From positions 160,001-224,000 of the forward strand of contig CAVVUS010000010.1 of NCBI GenBank assembly GCA_963751345.1: DNA of 64,000 nucleotides. The letters are read 5' to 3'. Shown here in pieces: positions 54,872 through 64,000 of this stretch. Made by a program: the position numbers and the translations under genes. Under the pieces are notes generated by a model. The model was given only the letters and a program-made list of their open reading frames with translations. It had not been told where the DNA came from and ran no database searches. This stretch comes from an uncultured Chloroflexia bacterium (GTDB taxonomy: Bacteria; Chloroflexota; Anaerolineae; B4-G1; SLSP01). How positions within the stretch are numbered: position 1 is the stretch's first letter; each line of letters opens with the position of its first letter.

Positions 54872-55510
54872 ATGGCGAACAAGCTAGAAGTCATCCGCGA
54901 AGGCATCATGGATGGAGACATGCATTTGGTCGAAGATACCGTAAATGCAGCCCTGGAGGAGGGGATTTCCGCCCCCGAGATCCTGAACGAGGGTCTGATC
55001 AAGGCTATGGCCGAGGTGGGGCGCCTCTTCGAGGAGGGCGAGTACTTCGTCCCCGAGATGTTGATTGCCGCGCGTGCGATGAAGGCCGGACTGGCCATTC
55101 TCAAGCCAAAGCTGATCGACGCTGACGTCAAGCCCGTCGGCAGAGTGGCTGCCGGGACGGTCAAGGGTGACCTACACGACATCGGCAAGAACCTGGTCTG
55201 CATGATGCTGGAGGGCGCCGGTTTTGAGATCGTCGATCTCGGCACGGACGTCTCGCCTGACCAGTTCGTCGATGCCGTCCAGAACAAGGGCGTGCAGGTC
55301 ATCGCGATGTCGGCGCTGCTGACGACGACGATGCCGAATATGAAGAACACGGTGGATGCCCTGGAAGAGGCCGGGATTCGCGATTCGGTCAAGGTGATGA
55401 TCGGCGGCGCGCCGGTTACCCAAGCCTACGCCGACGAGATCGGCGCTGACGGCTATGCCCCCGACGCCAGCCGCGCTGCGACATTGGCCAAGCAGCTCTT
55501 GGGGGCCTAG
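54872..55510 (+). CDS. Corrinoid (B12-binding) methyltransferase protein
   Basis: GDLHDIGKNLV, SALLTTT, MIGGAPV. Confidence 0.93.
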   Translation: MANKLEVIREGIMDGDMHLVEDTVNAALEEGISAPEILNEGLIKAMAEVGRLFEEGEYFVPEMLIAARAMKAGLAILKPKLIDADVKPVGRVAAGTVKGDLHDIGKNLVCMMLEGAGFEIVDLGTDVSPDQFVDAVQNKGVQVIAMSALLTTTMPNMKNTVDALEEAGIRDSVKVMIGGAPVTQAYADEIGADGYAPDASRAATLAKQLLGA

Positions 55511-55593
55511 GCTCACACTCCCCTGCTTTACGACTCGACCCTGCGAAGGTGACCTGAGCGATCCATCGGGTTACCTTCGCAAGCTTTGTTGTC

Positions 55594-55989
55594 TCAGCCG
55601 GGTACCTGATAGAGCTCCAGTAGCACACCGTGGGCGCTCTTGGGGTGGACAAAGGCATACCGCGTGCCGTCAGGATGTTGCCTGATCTCGCTCACCATGC
55701 GAGCTCCCTCTTGTTCCAGTCGCGCAACGGTGGCCTCGATATCGTCCACCTGTAGGCAGACATGGTGTAGTCCCTCGCCCCGCTTCGCCAGGAAGCGCGC
55801 GATCGAGTTGTCCGGGTCAAGGGGCTCCACCAGCTCCAGTTGTGACTCGCCCATCGGTAGGAAAGCAATCTCGACTCCCTCTACCGGGACCTCGTGACGC
55901 TGCGCGACGTCCGCGCCCAGCGCGTCACGGTAGAACGCCAAGGCGTCGTCCAGGTCCTCGACCGCGATGGCGATGTGGTGGATGTGCAT
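55594..55989 (-). CDS. mce: Methylmalonyl-CoA epimerase (VOC family)
   Basis: HHIAIAV, GEGLHHVC, FVHPKSAHGVLLEL. Confidence 0.85.
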   Translation of the reverse strand: MHIHHIAIAVEDLDDALAFYRDALGADVAQRHEVPVEGVEIAFLPMGESQLELVEPLDPDNSIARFLAKRGEGLHHVCLQVDDIEATVARLEQEGARMVSEIRQHPDGTRYAFVHPKSAHGVLLELYQVPG

Positions 55990-56126
55990 GGTATTCCCTC
56001 CCTCGATGTACGCTGCTTTGCCTCTATCGTAGCCGCCCTCATCGATTGTCAAGGAATGCAAGGGTGCATTTGACTCATGCAGTCCGGGCCTTATACTCCC
56101 CATAGCAACCCAGCGGAGGTGGAGGC

Positions 56127-56780
56127 ATGTTTCATGAGGCCGATCGGGTTCTGGTCGGTGTGATGACCGACACCCGCGATTTCCACGTGGCGCGGGACGA
56201 GGGTTGGTATCGCGTGCCGGTCCGACACGCTCCCGAGTCCGTCATGGATGCTGCCGTGCTGGCATTTTACTTCACGGCCGCATTCGAAGATGAGAAGTGG
56301 GCCATCCACTGGTATGCAGAGGTCAGGGGGCATGAGCTCGTGCTGCGCCGGGACCTTTTCCCCGATGCCGCCGATCACCCGCACGCCGATCATCGTTACT
56401 TCAAGATGCAGATTGGCCCGCTGATCCGGCGTGAGCCCCCCATACCCAGCCTGCGATGGCGTAGGATCAGCTTCATTTCCACAAGTTGGGACAGGTTCTC
56501 CGCGGCGGAAGAGGTCAACGATCTCTACGAGTCAGGGGCGGATGGTCTGTACGTAACGCTCAAGGAGAGCGGATTCTTCCCCGAACGTGAGTATCTGATC
56601 CGAGACGACGCCGAGACCTATACCGCAGATCTGGCCGTGCCCTGCAAGGATGGCGTGGTCAAGGTTGTATGGGGCAGCGGACCCGCCCCCAGCGATGCCC
56701 TCCGCAATCCCAACGCCGACATGGTTCGCCGGGAGGTCGCGCGGCTTGGAGGGCCCCTCATGCCCCCGACGGGCATATAA
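56127..56780 (+). CDS. Hypothetical protein with PUA/EVE-like N-terminal domain
   Basis: LVGVM...GWYRVP...LAFYFT pattern; GGAGG RBS; fold assignment is inferred. Confidence 0.55.
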   Translation: MFHEADRVLVGVMTDTRDFHVARDEGWYRVPVRHAPESVMDAAVLAFYFTAAFEDEKWAIHWYAEVRGHELVLRRDLFPDAADHPHADHRYFKMQIGPLIRREPPIPSLRWRRISFISTSWDRFSAAEEVNDLYESGADGLYVTLKESGFFPEREYLIRDDAETYTADLAVPCKDGVVKVVWGSGPAPSDALRNPNADMVRREVARLGGPLMPPTGI

Positions 56781-56797
56781 GTCGCTCAGCGTTTGCC

Positions 56798-57670
56798 GTG
56801 CCCTTTCGAAATCTCACTCCGACCTGCTGGGTCGCACAAAGCCCCACCTTCGCGACGAATACCGGCCTTTTCATCGCCGACGATGAAGCGTACCTCGTAG
56901 ATCCCGGCATTGCGCCTGCCGAGCTCGATGCAATCGAGGCCTTTGTCGCGGCTCGAGGTGCAGCGGTGCGGGGCATCATATTGACCCACGCGCATTGGGA
57001 CCACCTCTTGGGTCCATCCAGGTTCCCATCCGCTACCGTTATCGCCCACGCGGCCTATGGGGCTGTCGTCCGACAGCATGGGGCGGACCTCCAACGTCAG
57101 GTGATGCATTGGCGATCCTCAATTGCAGGGCCGGGAAAGCTGCAGCCTTTCATACCCCCCAGGCCCGACATCACCTTCCAACAGCGCCTCACGGTGCATC
57201 TGGGCTCTCTTTCACTGACCGTGCTCCACGCGCCGGGGCATGCGCCGGATCACTGTGCGGTCTACGAGCCCTCAGCCGGGCTGTTGTGGGCCGGCGACAT
57301 GCTCAGTGACCTCGAAGTGCCGATGCCTATGTGGCGATTCTCTGCCTATCGTGCCACACTGCGCCACCTCTCGGAGTTGGACGTCAGGATTCTGGTGCCC
57401 GGGCACGGCACGCCAACCGGTGATCCGGACGTCATCTCTGGTCGTTTCAGTCAAGATCAGGCATACTTAGCGGCAGTGCAGACCTGTGTCTCGCGCGAGG
57501 TCGACCGCGCGGCATCTTTGGCTGAGGTTGTGGGGATGTGCTGCGGGGTTCCCTTTGCCCAGCCGGATGACTACCCCCACGCCCGCGAGTGGAATATCGA
57601 GCAAGCGTACCTGGAGGCGGGGGGGAAGGCTGCGGGTGTTGTGGGATGGGAAAAGGACTGGATAACGTAG
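56798..57670 (+). CDS. Metallo-beta-lactamase fold hydrolase
   Basis: THAHWDH, PGHAPDH, AGD, VPGHG. Confidence 0.88.
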   Translation: MPFRNLTPTCWVAQSPTFATNTGLFIADDEAYLVDPGIAPAELDAIEAFVAARGAAVRGIILTHAHWDHLLGPSRFPSATVIAHAAYGAVVRQHGADLQRQVMHWRSSIAGPGKLQPFIPPRPDITFQQRLTVHLGSLSLTVLHAPGHAPDHCAVYEPSAGLLWAGDMLSDLEVPMPMWRFSAYRATLRHLSELDVRILVPGHGTPTGDPDVISGRFSQDQAYLAAVQTCVSREVDRAASLAEVVGMCCGVPFAQPDDYPHAREWNIEQAYLEAGGKAAGVVGWEKDWIT

Positions 57671-57678
57671 GAGAGGGT

Positions 57679-58533
57679 ATGCTGACTTTGGAGCATGTGG
57701 AGGCGTATCGCACACGGACCTATCGTATGACCGATGAACTGCGAGTCAGGTCGAAGGAGGAGGCGATCCGGTTCGTCGACGCGCGTGGATATGTGATGTT
57801 CTGGCCGATCAAGGATATCGTGATGCCGAGCCTTTGGTCTGCGGTGGCGGGCGACCGCCCCGTCGCCGACGCTCACGATGATCCCGGTCACGTGACGTGG
57901 GGCTGGAAAGACTCGCTGCTCAGCGAACGGCGTTGGTACTATGGCAAGGTTCTCCGTCGGAGGGCGACCATCATCTCGCTTGGGGTTGCCCCCCTATTCT
58001 ACGCGCTCAGCGAGAATTTCGGCTCCCCGGAGGAGGACTATCTCGACCAGTACCGCGATGGCACCATGACGGCCGAGGCGAAGAGCATCTACGAGACCCT
58101 GCTGCAGGAGGGGCCGCTCAATTCCGTGGCGCTTCGCCGTGCCGCTTCGATGGCCGGCAACTCGTCGAGTTACCGGTTCAACAAGGGATTGGACGAGCTC
58201 CAGGCAGATTTCAAGGTGCTGCCGATCGGTGTTGCGCAGGCAGGTGCGTGGAACTACGCCTTCATCTACGAATGCGTCCACCGGTACTATCCGGAGCTGC
58301 TCGAACAAGCGCGGGCGTACAAGATCAGTCAGGCCCAGCAGCGACTGCTCAAGCTCTACCTGCGCTCCGTGGGGGCTGCCACCTTTGGGGACATCGTCAA
58401 GGTCTTCTGGTGGCCCAAGCGCGAGGTCGAGAGTGCCCTGGCCGCGCTCTCCGCGGAAGGGCAGGTGGTACGGGATCTGCATATCGACGGGCAGACGGGT
58501 GAGTGGGTGTCGCTTCCCGAGCTTGCATCCTAG
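57679..58533 (+). CDS. Winged-helix YcaQ/AlkZ-like protein
   Basis: PSLW...WGWKD...YYGK and C-terminal wHTH pattern. Confidence 0.6.
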   Translation: MLTLEHVEAYRTRTYRMTDELRVRSKEEAIRFVDARGYVMFWPIKDIVMPSLWSAVAGDRPVADAHDDPGHVTWGWKDSLLSERRWYYGKVLRRRATIISLGVAPLFYALSENFGSPEEDYLDQYRDGTMTAEAKSIYETLLQEGPLNSVALRRAASMAGNSSSYRFNKGLDELQADFKVLPIGVAQAGAWNYAFIYECVHRYYPELLEQARAYKISQAQQRLLKLYLRSVGAATFGDIVKVFWWPKREVESALAALSAEGQVVRDLHIDGQTGEWVSLPELAS

Positions 58534-58560
58534 TGGTCAGCTAAACTGATTCGTGGGGAC

Positions 58561-58631
58561 TGTCATCCTGAACGAAGTGAAGGATCTATGCCTCGCAAGG
58601 GTAAGATCCTTCGCCTGCGGCTCAGGATGAC
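58561..58631. repeat. REP-like palindrome, copy 2
   Basis: 28 nt identical to copy 1 (TGTCATCCTGAACGAAGTGAAGGATCTA) plus a degenerate right arm. Confidence 0.85.
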
Positions 58632-58678
58632 GACTCTAGTCTTCAACCTAACTATCCACTAGCGGTAAGGAGCTGGTC

Positions 58679-59138
58679 ATGGATGACAAGGATGTAGTAG
58701 AGCAGGTCGAACTGCCGGCATCGGAGCCCGTTGCCGGTCGCGGACTAGAGCCCACGGAGGCGCGGACCGCGCAAGGTGAATCTCGATGCGTTGTTCGGGG
58801 CGACGGCCCTGGTATGGATGGGCGTTGTGCTTCTGGCCTCCAACTTGGGCTATCTTGGCTGGTTCACGTACCAGGGCGGAAGGCTGGCGTGGGATCTACC
58901 GTTCCGACCGGCTGCGTGGCGGCTGGTCTTCCTGGGTGTAGCGGTGATTGTCGGGGCTGAGATCGCCGTGCGTTTGCTCGTTCCCCGATATCGCCGGAAT
59001 GTCCTGGGTTACACGATCCTCGTGATTGTCTTCGTCTCGCTTGGCCTGGGCTACGTCAATGTCATCTGGCCGGCGATCCTGATCGTGCTGGGCGCCGCGT
59101 TGATGCTGCGCAGACGACGCGGTAGGTCCGAGGAGTAG
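58679..59138 (+). CDS. Small membrane protein, probably one gene with a frameshift at ~58750-58775
   Basis: AAGGAG RBS before ATG 58679; ~4 TM segments in the 58776-59138 frame. Confidence 0.55.
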
Positions 59139-59260
59139 CGGACCGACCTCGGTACTATCTGGGCGCTCTGGGCATCTATCCGGGAGAGACTATCATCATC
59201 ATTGACGGCGAAGGCGAGCCGGAACGATGAGCGCCGGACAGACGCGCCGTTTTTCGTTGC

Positions 59261-59288
59261 TTGACATCTGGCACGCTGCCCCTATAAT
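59261..59288 (+). promoter_or_regulatory. Consensus sigma70 promoter of the aspS-gatCAB operon
   Basis: TTGACA-N16-TATAAT. Confidence 0.85.
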
Positions 59289-59347
59289 CTAGGCTAATGG
59301 ACTCGGTGGCAGCGAATCGTCCAATTCTCATAGGAGGCACGTGCTCG

Positions 59348-59425
59348 ATGTTGTTGTTGAATCAGTACCAGCAGATCAACGATAACGATAATCCCGGCGT
59401 GCGCCTGTGGGAGGGTCGAGCCTAG
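59348..59425 (+). CDS. Asn/Gln/Asp-rich leader peptide MLLLNQYQQINDNDNPGVRLWEGRA (not in ORF track)
   Basis: AGGAGG at 59332-59337; 9 of codons 5-15 are N, Q or D; overlaps the antiterminator segment. Confidence 0.8.
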   Translation: MLLLNQYQQINDNDNPGVRLWEGRA

Positions 59426-59450
59426 CCGCTCAGAAACTAGCCAAGGACCC

Positions 59451-59486
59451 AAGCCACGGGCGCACGCAGGTGCTCGTGGCTTTTTT
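59451..59486 (+). terminator. Attenuator terminator 1
   Basis: AAGCCACGGGCGC-ACGCAG-GTGCTCGTGGCTT followed by TTTT. Confidence 0.85.
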
Positions 59487-59503
59487 CGTGCTTCAGTCTA
59501 GCG

Positions 59504-59539
59504 AAAGCCACGGACCGGCGTAAGAGCCCGTGGCTTTTT
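59504..59539 (+). terminator. Attenuator terminator 2
   Basis: AAAGCCACGG...CCGTGGCTTT followed by TT. Confidence 0.7.
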
Positions 59540-59571
59540 GCATAACTCGGGCACAAGAGGGGGGATGTCGA

Positions 59572-61348
59572 ATGGAGAAACGGACGCATCGATGCGGGGC
59601 CTTGCGGTCGGAGCACATCGGTCAGCACGTCACGCTGATGGGGTGGGTGCGCACGCGACGTGATCATGGTTGGCTGATCTTCCTCGATCTATGGGATCGC
59701 GAGGGCGTGACCCAGATTGTCGCCGATCCCAACGATTCCGCCGATGCCCACGCGGTGGCTGGGGACCTCAGGGATGAGTATGTCATCGCCGTAAGCGGCG
59801 TGGTGCGCGCGCGACCACAGGGCACGGAGAACCCCAGCCTGGCCACCGGAGAGATCGAGGTGGTCGCCAACGCTATCGAGATCCTGAACGCCACGACGCC
59901 GCTCCCCTTTCCCGTCGAAGATGCGCCGAAGGTGGATGAGGTGGTACGTTACCGTTACCGCTACCTGGACCTTCGGCGTGAGGCGATGCAGCGGAACTTT
60001 CGGCTCCGCCATCGCGTGGTCAAGACGCTGCGTGATTTCCTGGACACAGAGGGCTTCCTGGAGGTTGAGACGCCGGTCTTGACCCGGAGCACGCCCGAGG
60101 GTGCCCGAGACTACCTGGTGCCCAGCAGGATTCATCCCGGTGAGTTCTACGCGTTGCCGCAGTCGCCCCAGCAGATGAAACAGTTGCTGATGGTCGCCGG
60201 CGTGGACCGCTACTATCAGGTGGCGCGCTGCTTTCGCGATGAGGACCTCCGGGCCGACCGCCAGCCCGAGTTCACGCAGTTGGACCTGGAGATGAGCTTT
60301 GTCGAGCAGGAGGACGTCCTTTCCATGGTCGAGGCGATGGTCCGTGAGATCGTCGCGACGGCGGCGCCCGACCGTCCTCTGGCGACGACGCCCTTCCTCC
60401 GGCTGACCTACGACGAGGCGATGGCGCGGTACGGGACGGACAAGCCCGATCTGCGTTTCGGCATGGCCTTCGTCGACTGCTCGGCGATTCTGTCAGAGAG
60501 TGAGGTGCGGATCTTCCGGGACGTCACCGCGGGGGGCGGGGCCGTCAAGGGATTCCGCGCTTCGGGGTACGGCGCGACCTCTGCGACGGAGCTGGAGACG
60601 CTGCAGACGTTGAGCAAGGAGTTGGGCGCCCAGGGCGTGATCTGGTTCCGCGTTCGGGACGGCGGGTTGGACGCTCCTGTTGCGCGCCATCTCAGCGCCG
60701 AGGAGCAGCGGGCGCTGATCGAGGCCTTCGACGCCGGGGATGGGGACCTGCTGCTGCTGGTGGCAGGTGCCCTCGACGTCGTCAACGGCGCGCTCGACGG
60801 GCTGCGTCGGGAAATGGGTCTACGTCTGGGTCTGATCGATTCGGGAGCCCTGGCCTTCGCCTGGGTGGTTGACTTTCCCGCTCTTCAAATGGGACGCAGA
60901 CAATCACCGTTGGGATTCGGAGCACCATCCGTTTACCAGCCCGCGACCGGAGGATCTTGCGACACTTGAGTCGGATCCGGGTGGGGCACGCGCCAGTTGC
61001 TACGATCTGGTCTGTAACGGTTGGGAACTCGGGTCGGGCTCGATCAGGATCCATCAGCGGGCGCTTCAGGAACGCGTGCTCAAGTTGTTGGCTTACACGC
61101 CCGAGGAGGCAGAGGCCAGCTTTGGTCACTTGATGGAGGCCTTCGAGTATGGCGCGCCGCCGCACGGTGGGTTCGCTGTGGGCATCGATCGCCTCGTCGC
61201 GATATTGGCCGGGACTGACACGATCCGGGATGTGATTGCCTTCCCGAAAACGCGTCAAGCCACCGACCTGACGATGCGCGCGCCGGCGCCCGTCACGGCT
61301 GCCCAACTGGAGGAAATCCACATCCGGATTGCAGGACGCCGCCGTTAG
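59572..61348 (+). CDS. aspS: Aspartate--tRNA(Asp/Asn) ligase, non-discriminating type; frameshift near 60875
   Basis: RRDHG and RPQG (His/Gly residues associated with non-discriminating AspRS), [29 protein letters not shown]. Confidence 0.95.
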
Positions 61349-61423
61349 GGGACAGCCCAAAGATCAAGTTAGCTGAGCACCAACGTGGCGGGAGGAAGGG
61401 CATTTAGGGACGAGGAGGTAGAG

Positions 61424-61747
61424 ATGACAACCCCTGACGAAGGGCACGTGATCGATCAAGCGTTGGTCGAGCACGTCGCTTTCCTGATTCGACTGGCGTT
61501 GACGGATGACGAAGTGGAGACCTTTACCGAGCAGTTGAGCACGATCGTGGGGTACTTCGATCGGCTGGCCGAGGTCGATGTGACCGACGTGCCACCGTAT
61601 CGCCAAGCTCAGATGGGACGTGCACGCCTCCGTGACGACGAGGTGAGGCCTTCGATGGCCCGCGAGGACTTCCTGGCAAATGCGCCACAACAACAGGATG
61701 GGTTTGTGCGTGTTCCCGTCGTCCTGGATGTTCCTGACGAAGGCTGA
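61424..61747 (+). CDS. gatC: Asp/Glu-tRNA amidotransferase subunit C
   Basis: VEHVAFLIRL, LRDD, NAP...FVRVP. Confidence 0.9.
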   Translation: MTTPDEGHVIDQALVEHVAFLIRLALTDDEVETFTEQLSTIVGYFDRLAEVDVTDVPPYRQAQMGRARLRDDEVRPSMAREDFLANAPQQQDGFVRVPVVLDVPDEG

Positions 61748-61756
61748 GGAGGCGCC

Positions 61757-63236
<1,480 letters not shown>

Positions 63237-63240
63237 CGCC

Positions 63241-64000
63241 ATGGCGAACGACACATACGAAGTAGTCATAGGGATGGAAATCCACGCCGAGCTGCGGACG
63301 GCCTCAAAGATGTTCTGCGGCTGCCCTGTGGTCGATACGACCGTAGCCGAGCCGAATACCGCCGTCTGCCCCGTTTGCACGGGGCTGCCGGGTGCGATGC
63401 CGGTTGTCAACAAGCGTGCCGTTGAGCAGGCGATGATGGTGGGGCTGGCGCTCAACTGCCGGATCAATGAGTTCACCAGCTTCGCCCGCAAGAACTACTT
63501 CTACCCCGACCTGCCCAAGGGATACCAGATCTCACAGTACGATCATCCCATCGCGACCGACGGCTGGCTCGAGATTCGGACCGATGACGGCGAAACGGTG
63601 CGGGTTGGGATCACGCGCGCGCATCATGGAGGAGGACACGGCCAAGAGCTTCCACCACGGAGCCGGTGGGTACACGCTGATCGACTTCAACCGGTCGAGT
63701 GTGCCGCTGCTCGAGATCGTCTCAGAGCCCGACATGCATTCGGTTGCTGCGGCTCACACCTATGCGACGAAGATCCGCGAGATCCTTCGCTACCTCGGCG
63801 TCAACACGGGTGACATGGAGAAGGGGGTGCTGCGCTTCGAAGCCAACGTCTCCGTGCGCCCACGTCGGCAGCGAGATCCTCGGCACCCGGACGGAGATCA
63901 AGAATCTGAACAGCTTCCGGGCACTGGTGCGGGCATGCGAGTACGAGATCGACCGCCAGATTGACGTCGTCGAATCCGGCGGCATCGTGGCGCAGGAGAC
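63241..64000 (+). CDS. gatB: Asp/Glu-tRNA amidotransferase subunit B (3'-truncated; frameshifts near 63620 and 63865)
   Basis: [40 protein letters not shown]. Confidence 0.94.

Noticed and set aside
59341-59385. Alternative leader ORF from GTG 59341 (VLDVVVESVPADQR)
   Set aside because: Only 3 nt from the AGGAGG, and its composition is unrelated to the operon; ATG 59348 fits better
59290-59570. T-box riboswitch upstream of aspS
   Set aside because: No GGTGGNACCGCG T-box motif or stem I signature; the leader-peptide model explains the structure better

Overview
GC-rich bacterial core-genome window. Gene content (LysM-M23 pairs, GH-A glycosidases with PTPT linkers, GAF kinases, ACT-containing GlnE) suggests Chloroflexota/Anaerolineae, which is an inference. 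In order it holds: the distal spc/alpha ribosomal operon (rplF to rpsI), mazG, trxA, two LysM-M23 genes, greA-lysS, a two-component pair, lctP, dnaA with DnaA boxes, nth, glnE/glnA with a GAF kinase and double-REC regulator, tRNA-Leu(TAG), an isolated nuoB-nuoCD-nuoI module, gap-pgk-tpiA, three tandem M42 peptidases, csp, a corrinoid methyltransferase module and aspS-gatCAB. About a dozen single-base frameshifts, several in essential genes, look like sequencing indels. The main find is upstream of aspS-gatCAB: a consensus promoter, a 25-aa leader peptide with 9 Asn/Gln/Asp codons in 11 positions, a 14-bp antiterminator and two interlocking terminators. This looks like a ribosome-sensing attenuator for the tRNA-dependent transamidation pathway. 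Other candidates are two structured ncRNA-like elements (dnaA leader, DUF211 leader), a GlnE carrying GlnD-type ACT domains, and a stop-codon-anchored MITE/REP family. All RNA structures were paired by eye; no folding or database searches were run.
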